A DNA stretch of 64,000 nucleotides from an uncultured Candidatus Saccharibacteria bacterium (GTDB lineage Bacteria > Patescibacteriota > CPR2 > UBA1875 > CAIMLA01): the NCBI GenBank assembly GCA_964594415.1, contig CAZQLQ010000005.1:96-64095 (forward strand), given 5' to 3'. The position numbers and the translations under genes are program-made. The notes beneath the pieces are model-generated. The model was given only the letters and a program-made list of their open reading frames with translations, did not search any database and was not told where the DNA came from. Of this stretch, positions 17,862 to 27,913 are shown one piece after another. Within the stretch, counting starts at the first letter, position 1. Each line of letters opens with the position of its first letter.

Positions 17862-19654
17862 TTTTTCCTCCCTGAAATATTAAGGGCTAACCTATGTGCA
17901 TCAAAATAATTTTTAGAAAGCAACTTCCAACTGTAATTTTTCGCAACTTGACTTGCATGTATTCGAGAAAGCATCCGCTCGTCCCTATTAAGTGAAGCAT
18001 ATTTATAAAGGATGCTAGTCAGGTCTTTTAGCTCTTTGTTATAGTCATAGCCGGTTCTCTTAAGTATGTAGGTTCCGGGAAGCTTCCCAGGTTTTCCAAG
18101 CTTGTTAACGGCGAATCCGTAACCGGAAAGATCAGAGGCAACTGAGGGAACACCTAAAGCATTCGCTTCTAGTGGGGTATAACCCCACGGCTCGTAAAAA
18201 GAAGGAAAAATTCCAAGGTGAGCGCCTGTCATGAAATCGTACAGATTGGTATCCAAGAGTCCGTCAGAGCCATTTAGGTAAACCGGGATAGATACTACTT
18301 TTACTTTATCGGTAGAAGAGTTGTTAAGACCTTTTTCTTTTAGTCTTTTTGTTATTGCGTCCGAGTCAGCATTTCTTAGATTATGAGTACAAAGAAGCGG
18401 CTCCCCGGATTTTGAAAATTGCTTCATTTTCGCATAGATTTTATTTCTTAGCTCTTTTTCAAGGATAAGATCGTTGGTGATCTTGAATTCCCCGGCGCAA
18501 GCTCTGATTAATTTATGATAGATACTTTCCATTTCTGACTCAAGCAATTGATTTATATTTTCAAAGATAGCTTTGCTCTGGACTAATTCTGGTCTGATTT
18601 CGTTTACTGCCGTTGGTACCGATAAAAATGCAACAACTGTTTTTTCACTATTTTCTGATTTTAACTTTTTATTTAATTCCCCTAGAGAGTCGATAAACAA
18701 ATCTATGCCTTTTGCGTGCATTTCATATCGGGCAACCAAAAAATAAATAAGAGTTTTGTCCAAATTGAATCTATAATAAGGGAAAAAATAATACATTAAA
18801 AAGTCTTTAATTATCCGCTTAAATTCAGTGTGTCTAAAAGTTATTTCCTCGGTATCAGGGAATGATTTTAAGTTAAGCCCGTTGTTTAAAATTACCTCGG
18901 GCCTTCTTCCATAAAAATGTTCAGCCTCTATGGCAGTTATATCTGAAACAGTAGTGAGGACGTCACAGTTAGCAGCTACACTTTTTTCAAGCAAATGTTT
19001 TGGGGTGATGCCTAATTCTGCTGCTTTTTGATCCGGATTTATATTCCCAATGTCTTTATAAAAATTAATTTCAGCAGATGAAAGTACTCTTCCTAAAAAT
19101 GTAGCATGGGTAGTAAAAACCGTAGCTATGTTTACTCCAACTTTTTTGAGATAAAGAATAGCAGTTCCTGCCAGCCATTCATGGGAATGCAGGATTACTT
19201 CTTCGCTTTTAAGGCAATTGTTTTTAATAATTTCAAGAATTTTAGCTACCGCCCAAGACCAAGCAACTGGTTCGTCATAATCAAAGCATGCGCTTATAGA
19301 ATCAATCTGGTACCATTCCCAAAGAGCCTTCTTTATATTGTTTACTTCAGGTAAAAAGTTTTTAAAATCAACTAAAATTACTTGCGGGGCGGATCCTATC
19401 AGCCATCTTCCATAATGAATTTCAATACCGTTTTTATCTAATTCGTCCGCTATATTTTTTAAAAAATCAGGTAATTCTTCCTGCTCAAATTGAGAAAATG
19501 AAGTTTCTCCTAAAAAAGGGCCAATTAAAAAGTAATTGTCCTCGTACTCAGTTTGCATACAATCAGATTTTGATTCTAGAACTGTATAAATTCCGCCGAT
19601 TTTGTTGCATACTTCCCAAGATGCTTCAAACAAAAAAGGTTTTTTTGTTTTCAT
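17858..19654 (-). CDS. Glycogen synthase, GT3 family
   Basis: EASWEVCNKIGGIYTV, HSHEW, FTTHAT.LGR, FPSFYEPWGYTPLE. Confidence 0.92.
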   Translation of the reverse strand: MKTKKPFLFEASWEVCNKIGGIYTVLESKSDCMQTEYEDNYFLIGPFLGETSFSQFEQEELPDFLKNIADELDKNGIEIHYGRWLIGSAPQVILVDFKNFLPEVNNIKKALWEWYQIDSISACFDYDEPVAWSWAVAKILEIIKNNCLKSEEVILHSHEWLAGTAILYLKKVGVNIATVFTTHATFLGRVLSSAEINFYKDIGNINPDQKAAELGITPKHLLEKSVAANCDVLTTVSDITAIEAEHFYGRRPEVILNNGLNLKSFPDTEEITFRHTEFKRIIKDFLMYYFFPYYRFNLDKTLIYFLVARYEMHAKGIDLFIDSLGELNKKLKSENSEKTVVAFLSVPTAVNEIRPELVQSKAIFENINQLLESEMESIYHKLIRACAGEFKITNDLILEKELRNKIYAKMKQFSKSGEPLLCTHNLRNADSDAITKRLKEKGLNNSSTDKVKVVSIPVYLNGSDGLLDTNLYDFMTGAHLGIFPSFYEPWGYTPLEANALGVPSVASDLSGYGFAVNKLGKPGKLPGTYILKRTGYDYNKELKDLTSILYKYASLNRDERMLSRIHASQVAKNYSWKLLSKNYFDAHRLALNISGRKK

Positions 19655-19672
19655 TTACCCTCCATCCCTAAA

Positions 19673-20926
19673 TTATACCACCTGTGGTGTTGCTACACTC
19701 AAGGTTTTTATCTCGTTTTCAACGAGATTATTTTCAATCTCTGCTAGTTTTTCCTCCACTCTGAAAATAAAGTCAGTAATCACGTTTGCAAAAAAGATGT
19801 ATCCATCATGCGGTCTTTCATAAGCACTAAAATATTTGTGTACGTCACCATCGTTAAAATATTTGGTGCACATATAATAAAAGTTATCTGAAGTTTGTAA
19901 TTTACGCCATTCATTTAGTAAAGTTTCGTCACAGCATTTTTTTACTTTTTCTTCTATTTGGTATAAAAGATCGAGCGAGGTTCTTTGCATATGGTTCCCT
20001 ATCCAGGCTGAAAGGTCCCGTTCAGTATCTGCCCAAGAAACAGGCTCTACCATCGATATTTTATCCATAGCGGGGTATCTTTTTGCCTCTTCGCTTACTG
20101 TAATGAAGTCCATATCCGAATGTTTAAAAATTTCCTCAGGCATATGTCGCATAAAATCAAAAATTCCGGTATCTGCCCACTGGTGTTCACCAAACGTCTC
20201 GTAGTCCATAAATAGATTAATTACCTGTCCATTACCGTTAACTGCGGTTACCCATGAGGCAAATTTTTCAGCGCTCAGCGGCCATTCTTGCCAGGCTCTA
20301 TTTGAGAAACGAAATGCGATATCGTCAGAAAGCTTATAATTCTTCAGTAGTAATCTAACTGGCGCATCTACGGCCTCATATACGAAATTTGGGCTTTTCC
20401 AGTGAAGAACCTTATCCCAGCCTTCCGCTAGAACTGCCTTAAATCCGAGCGTAGAAACCATTTTCGATAAATAATCAAAATATACCAGCTCTGTATTTCT
20501 GAATACTTTTGGTTTTTTACCAAAAAGTTTTTCAATAGTTTCCATATGCTTTTTAACTTGTTCAAGAAATTCTTTTTCCGAGTAGATAGAAGCTAGGGAA
20601 TGATAATATGTTTCAGCTAAGAACTCCACGTGTCCTGTGGCTGCAAGTTCTTGAAAGCTTTGAATGAGGTCTGGGCGCCATTTTTGAGCTTGATCTAGGA
20701 AAGTTCCGGAAATACTATAGCTTATCTTGAATTTACCGTCGTATTTTTTTATCAACTCAAGAAGTAATTTATTTGTTGGTACGTAACATTTTGTTGCAAC
20801 TTTGTTTAGAATCGCTTTATTTTTTTTATCATCAAAATAATTTTCATTTTTTCCAATATCAATGACACGAAAATCCTTGATTCTTTCCGGCTGGTGAACG
20901 TGAAAATACATGCAAACGCTAGGCAT
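19673..20926 (-). CDS. GH57 alpha-amylase-like glycoside hydrolase
   Basis: FHVHQP, ETYYHSL, FRNTEL, FMDYETFGEHQW, LQTSD. Confidence 0.93.
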   Translation of the reverse strand: MPSVCMYFHVHQPERIKDFRVIDIGKNENYFDDKKNKAILNKVATKCYVPTNKLLLELIKKYDGKFKISYSISGTFLDQAQKWRPDLIQSFQELAATGHVEFLAETYYHSLASIYSEKEFLEQVKKHMETIEKLFGKKPKVFRNTELVYFDYLSKMVSTLGFKAVLAEGWDKVLHWKSPNFVYEAVDAPVRLLLKNYKLSDDIAFRFSNRAWQEWPLSAEKFASWVTAVNGNGQVINLFMDYETFGEHQWADTGIFDFMRHMPEEIFKHSDMDFITVSEEAKRYPAMDKISMVEPVSWADTERDLSAWIGNHMQRTSLDLLYQIEEKVKKCCDETLLNEWRKLQTSDNFYYMCTKYFNDGDVHKYFSAYERPHDGYIFFANVITDFIFRVEEKLAEIENNLVENEIKTLSVATPQVV

Positions 20927-22187
20927 TTTTCACTCCTTTTAAGGTTCTTTTATATACTTCATTCATTTCTTTTGCAGCTTTTTCCCAGGTTAATAATTTT
21001 GCTTCTGCCTTTGCGTTTTTTACTAGCTCTTTAGCGTATTCTTCGTCTTCGAGTATTTTAATAATCTCCTCAGAGGTTTTTTCGATGTCCCAGAAGTCAA
21101 CTTTTACGGATGACTTTAGAACTTCTGAAATTCCAGAATTTTTGGAAATAACTACTGGTGTCCCATTTTGGGTTGCCTCTAAAGGTACAAGACCAAATGG
21201 TTCAGAAACGGATGGCATTACAAATACGTCAGCCATCTGGTAGGCCATATCTTGATCGGCATTTGCTAACCAGCTTGTATAAAGCAATTTTCCAGTTAAG
21301 CCTTCCCTGGCTCCCTCTTCAATTAATTTATTCTGCATATCACCAGGACCTACCATCATAAATTTTACATTAGGATGCAAATCAGTTACTCTTTTCGCTA
21401 CTTTTAAAAAGTAATCTGGCCCTTTTTGATACGTAATTCTTCCCAGGTATAAAACTATTTTAAAATGCTTCTTTATCGGGTTCTCTGGATATTTAATGAC
21501 TTCCCGGGGGGTAATACCATTATGGACGACATCGATTTTGTTAGGATTAACCCCATAATTATCACAAATAACTTTCTTTGTATAGTTGCTTACCGCGACA
21601 ATTCTATTTGCAGCTTTAAGCCCTTTCTTTTCTGTCTCATAAATATATTTTCCGTCATGTCTGTCAATTTCTGTGGCATGAACTTGAGTAAGCAAAGGCA
21701 CGTTTCTTCCTTTTTTCTTGGCTACGTTTCTTGCGGCTATTCCAGCCTGATAAGTCATCCAGTCGTGTGCGTGAATTATGTCATAATCTAGGTTTTCGCA
21801 AAGAGCTTTAACTCCCTTGATGTATAAATTGACATTTGGCAAAACTGATTTCTCTTGATCAAATAAACATGCTGTACACATCAGAGATTCATCGATTTTT
21901 ACGCTAAAACCTTGGTATCCATTTACTAAGGAGCATTTATTCTTTTTAGCCATCTTAAGGCAATATTCATCATGCTCATCCCCAAATATTTGTTTTGATG
22001 CGTCTAGAACGTTCATCCATGAGTAATCACCGCCATAAATCTTTGGCAATATAAAATCAATCTCCACTCCAAGGCCGGCAAGGCCTTTTGTGAGTCCCTC
22101 ACAAGCATTACCTAACCCACCGGAGTGAAAGGGCGGCAATTCCCAACCAAGCATCAAGACTTTTATGGCCCCCTCCTGTGTATTCAT
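20919..22187 (-). CDS. GT4 glycosyltransferase (glycogen-synthase-associated)
   Basis: MLGWELPP..SGGLG, HAHDWMT, PSVSEPFGLVPLEA. Confidence 0.92.
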   Translation of the reverse strand: MNTQEGAIKVLMLGWELPPFHSGGLGNACEGLTKGLAGLGVEIDFILPKIYGGDYSWMNVLDASKQIFGDEHDEYCLKMAKKNKCSLVNGYQGFSVKIDESLMCTACLFDQEKSVLPNVNLYIKGVKALCENLDYDIIHAHDWMTYQAGIAARNVAKKKGRNVPLLTQVHATEIDRHDGKYIYETEKKGLKAANRIVAVSNYTKKVICDNYGVNPNKIDVVHNGITPREVIKYPENPIKKHFKIVLYLGRITYQKGPDYFLKVAKRVTDLHPNVKFMMVGPGDMQNKLIEEGAREGLTGKLLYTSWLANADQDMAYQMADVFVMPSVSEPFGLVPLEATQNGTPVVISKNSGISEVLKSSVKVDFWDIEKTSEEIIKILEDEEYAKELVKNAKAEAKLLTWEKAAKEMNEVYKRTLKGVKNA

Positions 22188-22239
22188 ACTTTTTATATTT
22201 TATAACTTTTATAATTAAACAACAAGAATATATTTAATG

Positions 22240-22264
22240 AAAAAAGCCGACGTTATTGTCGGCT
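22240..22264 (-). terminator. Intrinsic terminator
   Basis: AGCCGAC-AATAAC-GTCGGCT followed by T-tract on the minus strand. Confidence 0.7.
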
Positions 22265-22601
22265 AAAAATGTGTTGGATGGGGCGATCTGGGAGTTAGAC
22301 GTTTTTTTTCTATTGAAATATTTTGTTCAACTATGTTTTCGATTCTTAAATTGTAAATATCTTTGTAATCATACCAATCTTTTGTTTGAATTATCTCTTT
22401 TCGAATTTTCCAGATAAGAACTTCGATCAAATAGTCTTCATAATAACTTCTGTCAAATTTTCTTTTATATGCGTTTAGAGTAATATCATCCGTTTCGATA
22501 TCTAAAAAAATAACATGAAATCCTTTTAGAAAAACCTTAACTTGTACAGAAATTTGTGCATCGTTTTGTTTCTTAAAAGATATTTGTTGCAACTGCTTCA
22601 C
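22263..22601 (-). CDS. Hypothetical protein
   Basis: 112-aa ORF with GTG start after AAAGGC, followed by a terminator. Confidence 0.55.
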   Translation of the reverse strand: MKQLQQISFKKQNDAQISVQVKVFLKGFHVIFLDIETDDITLNAYKRKFDRSYYEDYLIEVLIWKIRKEIIQTKDWYDYKDIYNLRIENIVEQNISIEKKRLTPRSPHPTHF

Positions 22602-22625
22602 CGCCTTTAACTCAAGTTCTACAAA

Positions 22626-22946
22626 CTACGATGTCAATACCATGTAATGCACATAAAAGATGTTGTTCAGATGAATATTCTTTATTTTTATTTTTAGTCG
22701 TTGGACGATACCTGTTTTTCTTGCTTCCAACCTGATCAAATGCAACAATCTCTCATTCATTAGCATATCTAGCGGGCATTCTGGATCATTATAGATGAAA
22801 GCAGTTATTAACCATTGATAGATAGTGAGTTTGAGCTCTACTTGTTCTGGCCCTAGTTTGATAACAAACTTTGCTTTGACCGGCTTATCTTTTTTGACGG
22901 AGATCACTTGTATTCCCTCCTTTTCTATTTGATTATTAATGTTCAT
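22626..22946 (-). CDS. Hypothetical protein
   Basis: 106-aa ORF, co-oriented with its neighbour. Confidence 0.55.
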   Translation of the reverse strand: MNINNQIEKEGIQVISVKKDKPVKAKFVIKLGPEQVELKLTIYQWLITAFIYNDPECPLDMLMNERLLHLIRLEARKTGIVQRLKIKIKNIHLNNIFYVHYMVLTS

Positions 22947-22990
22947 TTCGATTGTTGTCTTTTATTGAAGATATTTTATTTGAACCATTT

Positions 22991-23032
22991 AAAAAAGCAA
23001 TAGGTACAATGTGTTCAATCTATTGCTTTTTT
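22991..23032. terminator. Terminator downstream of mscL
   Basis: AAAAAAGCAATAG...CTATTGCTTTTTT. Confidence 0.75.
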
Positions 23033-23035
23033 AGA

Positions 23036-23341
23036 TTATTTTTCTGCTTTTTTGTCTAGTTTATCTACGCCAAGCTTCTTGACCCCGAAATATACCACAA
23101 AAGCAATTACTAGAAAATCGATTAATATACTTGCAAAGTTACCCCAAGATATTGTTGCTTCCCCTACTTCATAAGTAGCCTTTTGAAGCCCTTCAGTGGA
23201 GCCGAGAACTAGCCCAAGCAGAGGGTTAATAATATCTGTTACTAATGAGGATACTACTTTGGCGATCGCGCCTCCTAGAATAAATCCTACCGCAAGACCG
23301 ACAACGCCCTGCTCTCTAATAAAATTAATAAATCCTTTCAT
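23036..23341 (-). CDS. mscL: Large-conductance mechanosensitive channel
   Basis: F..FIREQGVVGLAVGFILGGA..KVVSSLVTDIINP, WGNF...IDF. Confidence 0.92.
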   Translation of the reverse strand: MKGFINFIREQGVVGLAVGFILGGAIAKVVSSLVTDIINPLLGLVLGSTEGLQKATYEVGEATISWGNFASILIDFLVIAFVVYFGVKKLGVDKLDKKAEK

Positions 23342-23455
23342 ACTAGCTCCTTCACGTTATTTATGTTTTCATTCTAGCATAATTTTTGCTACTAAAAAGC
23401 TTTTTTTTGACTCTAGTTTATGGTATATTAATTTGTTATTTAAATCGGTGGATGG

Positions 23456-26400
23456 ATGGAAACTGGATTTCAAATATTTTTTGATATTACTGGAAGGAGG
23501 CGTAAGATTACGGACTTCTTTCTTTCGATTTTTCTAATCTTTTCAAGTTGCTTACTGCTTTTTATAGGAGCCAAAATCATTGGCGTGGAGGGTATAAAGA
23601 AAATAGGGAAAAAGATAAATAATCAAGAATATAGTCATGAAACAAAAGTTGCTATGTTATATACAGAAAATCATGAAAGCTCCTTAAAAATTTTTAGCGA
23701 GCAAGTGAGCAATCTTGATACATTGATCGTCCCAAGGTATCTCATTGCAGACAAAGTAATTAATATACCAGAAGACTATGAATTGCTAGTAAAAAACATG
23801 GAGTATATTGAAACAAATAGCCCGACACATTACAAAAAATTTTTTTTATTGAGCGAAGTTAATTATTCTATACCTCCAACTGAGCGCCAAAACAGAAGAG
23901 TAAATAATGACTTTATCTACCTGGGAGAGAAAAACTTAGATCAGATAGTCAATGATTTGGTAAAAAATGATATCGACGGCTTGTTATTGGAGGTTGACTT
24001 TAGCGATCTAGAAGCCGAAACTTTATTGCCTCAATATTTGAATCAGATAAATACAATAAAGAGACTTTTTGAAATTAACAATCTCAAATTGGGACTTAAG
24101 TTTAGAATTAACGACTTCAGCGAAAAAAAATTAGATTTTTTCTCCAGGGCTGATCTTTTATATATTGATTACGATTACTCATCAGGATTTAATTTAGCCT
24201 TGAATAGTTTTTCTGAAAAAAAAGACTTACTCGGAGGTAAAAAAATTATTTTTGAATTACCCACTATATCACAAAAAACAAGCCTTGATTTGTCAAATGA
24301 TTATATTAATAGTATTGATTATGCCGAAATAGAGAAATTGATTCTTGAAACAAAAATTAGTAACAGGGATTTTGAGGACCCAGCTTTTACCAGAGATAAT
24401 TTTAAATATATATTAAGAGACGCAGTCAGCTCATATAATTACATGACCAAAATAGAGTCTAATACTTTGTCTGGCAGTAACGAGATTATGGAATATTCTG
24501 TCTGCGATCCTGGATTTGAAGAGTTTACGGTATGGAATATTATTACTGATAATTTTAGTTCTGAAAAAATTAGTTTGTTATCTAATAATATAAAATCTAC
24601 CGTCAAAGTAAACTTATTGGGTGAAGGAAAAATATTTGGTGTTTATGACTCATCAGAATTTGGTATAAGAGAGTTGGAAACGGATGGCAACAACACAATA
24701 ATCACTAGCACAGTAAAAAAGAGTTATAAGCCAGGAACAGTTATAAAATCGGGGAAAAAGGAAAATAAGATTGCACTAACCTTTGACGACGGTCCTCACC
24801 CTGTCTATACGAAAAAGATTTTAGATATTTTAGACAAATATAATGTAAAGGCAACATTTTATATGGTTGGTGAAAATATAGCCTCTTATCCTTCATTGGC
24901 AAAAGAGATTGCTGATAAAGGGCATGAGATAGAAAACCATAGTTATAGCCACCCGCATTTCAACTTTTTGGACGCCGAGTCATTAGTCAATCAGATTGCT
25001 TCTGATAATAAATTAATAGAAGAGATTACTGGTAAAAAGCCAAAATATTTTCGTCTCCCCTATGGAGAGGATAACGAGCTTGATACATCATCTGATTTTG
25101 AGTATTTATTGATGCTTAAAAATGAAGGCCTTAAAGCAAGTGAGTACGATATTGACTCAAAGGATTGGACTTCTTCCAGTGGTAAGCAGATAGAAGATAA
25201 GGTAATAAATGATATTGAGAAGTCAAATGGTAATTACAGTCAAATACTGTTTCATGATTCTAGTGTCAATTCCATAAAGACCATAGAAGCTCTTCCTCAA
25301 ATCATTGAGTATTTAATGAAAAAAAATATAGAGATCGTTCTTGTAAGCGAATTATCACAAGAAGAAAAGCAGCAAAACTCAAATGTAACAAATATTAGTA
25401 CTGCAATTGATTTAATGAACAAGATTATGAAATTTTTTTCATATCTAATGATTTTCTTTTTTGGCTTTTCAGTCTTTAAATACACCTGGGTCATTGTTGG
25501 GATGGTTATCTACAATATAAAGAGAGTCCTTAAAAACAACAAAACAAAGGAAGTAACCGAATATAACAAGAAGATATCTATAATAATTGCTTGTTATAAT
25601 GAGGAAAAGGTTATCGGAAAGACGATTGAGTCTTTACAACTAAATGGTTATCACAATATAGAAATTATTATTTCTAACGATGGTTCAGTTGATAAGACAG
25701 CGGAAATAGTAAGAGAATATGCATCTTCTGACGATAGAATCGTTTTATTGGATCTTGAACACGGCGGGAAAGCGAAGGCAATTGATGCAGGTATTTATGC
25801 GAGTACTGGCGAATGGCTTGTTTTTTGCGACGCTGATACGATTTTTAAAAAAGATTCAATAAAAAAATTCTCTAATTTGATTGCGCAAAACGGAAAATTG
25901 GCAGCTGTTGCAGGAAGAATTCTTGTTGGTAATAATCTTAACTTATTAACATATTCTCAGTTTATTGAATATGCTATTGCACATCGTTTCTTGAAGCCCA
26001 CACAAGATGTATTCAATTCAATTACTGTGGTTCCTGGCGCTATTGGGCTTTGGAATAAATCAAAGCTTTTAAAAGCAGGTGGTTTTGCTCCGAATACTCT
26101 CGCAGAAGACGCAGACACGACGATAAAAGTAGTAAGTCTTGGCAATAGAGTGAGATTTGACGACGACGTTGTGGCGAAAACTGAAGTTCCGGAAACCTTG
26201 AGAATGTTGTTTAAGCAAAGAACGAGGTGGCAACTTGGAAATATGCAAGCGTTAAGGAAACATTACAAGGGCTTTATGAACTACAGATATGGCCCAATAG
26301 GATTTATCGGGCTGCCCATGCTTTTTATTGAGATCACAAATGCTGTTTTGTTTCCTATGTTTATCCTTTTTATTGCTTGGCTTTTTATCGCTGATTATAA

Positions 26401-26704
26401 CAATATGAGTTATGTTTTTTCAGCTATGCAGGTCGAATATATTTATTCGGAAACTTTTAGGCAAATGTCAATGGCCTTACTTTTATTTGAAATATTCTTA
26501 TGTGTAGGGTCAATTACGGTTGAAGAGGCTTATCCAAGAACTAAGCTAACTGCTTTTGCTACCCTACCCTTCTATTTTACTTTTTATAAGTTTTTTTTAA
26601 GTTATTGTGCGATAGTTTCATTCCTCCGGGCATTAAGAGGAACAAGTCAGGGCTGGGGCCATATGACAAGGACCTCGCATGTCAAGTTGAAGGATGTTGT
26701 ATAA
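23456..26704 (+). CDS. Fusion of a GH18-like domain, polysaccharide deacetylase (CE4) and GT2 synthase (PgaC/IcaA-like)
   Basis: TFDDGP, HSYSH, FRLPYG, DSKDW, LFHD; GT2 NDGS, DAD, LAED, QRTRW and C-terminal TMs; the GH18-like assignment is weaker. Confidence 0.85.
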   Translation: METGFQIFFDITGRRRKITDFFLSIFLIFSSCLLLFIGAKIIGVEGIKKIGKKINNQEYSHETKVAMLYTENHESSLKIFSEQVSNLDTLIVPRYLIADKVINIPEDYELLVKNMEYIETNSPTHYKKFFLLSEVNYSIPPTERQNRRVNNDFIYLGEKNLDQIVNDLVKNDIDGLLLEVDFSDLEAETLLPQYLNQINTIKRLFEINNLKLGLKFRINDFSEKKLDFFSRADLLYIDYDYSSGFNLALNSFSEKKDLLGGKKIIFELPTISQKTSLDLSNDYINSIDYAEIEKLILETKISNRDFEDPAFTRDNFKYILRDAVSSYNYMTKIESNTLSGSNEIMEYSVCDPGFEEFTVWNIITDNFSSEKISLLSNNIKSTVKVNLLGEGKIFGVYDSSEFGIRELETDGNNTIITSTVKKSYKPGTVIKSGKKENKIALTFDDGPHPVYTKKILDILDKYNVKATFYMVGENIASYPSLAKEIADKGHEIENHSYSHPHFNFLDAESLVNQIASDNKLIEEITGKKPKYFRLPYGEDNELDTSSDFEYLLMLKNEGLKASEYDIDSKDWTSSSGKQIEDKVINDIEKSNGNYSQILFHDSSVNSIKTIEALPQIIEYLMKKNIEIVLVSELSQEEKQQNSNVTNISTAIDLMNKIMKFFSYLMIFFFGFSVFKYTWVIVGMVIYNIKRVLKNNKTKEVTEYNKKISIIIACYNEEKVIGKTIESLQLNGYHNIEIIISNDGSVDKTAEIVREYASSDDRIVLLDLEHGGKAKAIDAGIYASTGEWLVFCDADTIFKKDSIKKFSNLIAQNGKLAAVAGRILVGNNLNLLTYSQFIEYAIAHRFLKPTQDVFNSITVVPGAIGLWNKSKLLKAGGFAPNTLAEDADTTIKVVSLGNRVRFDDDVVAKTEVPETLRMLFKQRTRWQLGNMQALRKHYKGFMNYRYGPIGFIGLPMLFIEITNAVLFPMFILFIAWLFIADYNNMSYVFSAMQVEYIYSETFRQMSMALLLFEIFLCVGSITVEEAYPRTKLTAFATLPFYFTFYKFFLSYCAIVSFLRALRGTSQGWGHMTRTSHVKLKDVV

Positions 26705-26711
26705 TATATAC

Positions 26712-27581
26712 ATGATAAAAAAACAAATTTTAATTTTTGTTCTTGTTTTTAGTGTTTTTATAAGACCTAGCTCTGTTCTTGCGTTAAGCGATAGGGCAAA
26801 TATTGTTGGTGCTACTTATTATGGCGGCTACTTTGACGAAGAACAAGACAGCTGGTTTATTGATAACGTAAATCAGTGCACAAGAATTGAGAATGGCGAG
26901 TTTACGGCAGAATCACTTGGAGCAAAGATTAGTGAGGAATGTAGTGACGATAATGGTCTTGGATATGTTGATAATGAGCCGTTACACAATAGAGTCAGTT
27001 TCGCAGAGCTCAGTAATAATTACCTGGATCCTGATTTTGCGGCACTTGGAGATTTGCCATACGGTTCCAAATTAGAGATCAATTATAACGGAAAGTGCCT
27101 TATAGCAGAAAAACTAGACATAGGGCTTGGCGGGACTGATGTGAAGGATTATCATCGGTCAATCGATTTATGGTGGCAGACCGCCAAAACTCTTGGCTTT
27201 GAGAGTGGTTTTGATGTGGTATCGGTCAGGTTAGTGGATGCCAACACGCCTCTCACTCCCTTAGGCAAACTAATAAAATGTAGCGACACATCCACTACTG
27301 CAACAGCAGTTTCTAGCACGCAAAGTCAAAGTCAGACTTATCCTACAACAACTATTTCAACAAAAAGCTTGGGTGGTGATCAAGTCGCCTCGAAAAGCAA
27401 ATTAAAAACACAGGAAAACGAAGAAGAGAGCAGGTTTTTGTTTAATAACCTTTGCATTTTATTAGGAATAATCATTGGTTTTATATCAATTGGATTATCG
27501 TGGTATTTCTTGTTTTATAAAAAAAAGCAAATAAAAAAAGCTCGCTTTGGTAAGCGAGCTCGTAAGGGCAAAATTACTTAG
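26712..27581 (+). CDS. Secreted, C-terminally anchored protein with an RlpA/3D-like double-psi beta-barrel domain
   Basis: Signal peptide; ATYYG, LPYGSKLEI, D.G.G..R.IDL; Ser/Thr linker, TM helix and basic tail. Confidence 0.65.
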   Translation: MIKKQILIFVLVFSVFIRPSSVLALSDRANIVGATYYGGYFDEEQDSWFIDNVNQCTRIENGEFTAESLGAKISEECSDDNGLGYVDNEPLHNRVSFAELSNNYLDPDFAALGDLPYGSKLEINYNGKCLIAEKLDIGLGGTDVKDYHRSIDLWWQTAKTLGFESGFDVVSVRLVDANTPLTPLGKLIKCSDTSTTATAVSSTQSQSQTYPTTTISTKSLGGDQVASKSKLKTQENEEESRFLFNNLCILLGIIIGFISIGLSWYFLFYKKKQIKKARFGKRARKGKIT

Positions 27582-27683
27582 ACAATCTCTTTATTTTTTT
27601 AGGAGTTTGGCCGACCCAGATTCTGGTTTTGCCTCCAAGAATACTTTCGACTTCCTTTTTAGGCCTATATTCAATAAAAATAA

Positions 27684-27705
27684 AACCCACGCAATCGCGT
27701 GGGTT
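27684..27705. terminator. Hairpin/terminator between convergent units
   Basis: AACCCACGC-AATC-GCGTGGGTT. Confidence 0.65.
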
Positions 27706-27733
27706 AAATAATAGCTGTTCTTGTTCTTTTGTT

Positions 27734-27913
27734 CTAAGGGTTTATTTTTAACTTCCCTTGTAGGATTTCAGATAGAAAGTTTTCTATTTCTGTGAGGTGC
27801 TGTTTAAGCTTGCTAATTTTTATTAGCAATTCAATTAATTCTGATGAGCTAACTTGGTCTCTTGAGCCAAGTTTTTGTGCCCATAATCCTAGGGACACTA
27901 CTCTATACTTCAT
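27734..27913 (-). CDS. Hypothetical 59-aa protein (not in the ORF track)
   Basis: MKYRVVSLGLWAQKLGSRDQ...LKINP; ATGA overlap with the upstream gene stop. Confidence 0.55.
   Translation of the reverse strand: MKYRVVSLGLWAQKLGSRDQVSSSELIELLIKISKLKQHLTEIENFLSEILQGKLKINP

Noticed and set aside
27578-27675. Short minus-strand reading frames (IEYRPKKEVESILGG.. and MNIGLKRKSK..)
   Set aside because: No RBS or promoter, and they lie past a terminator; at most a gene remnant
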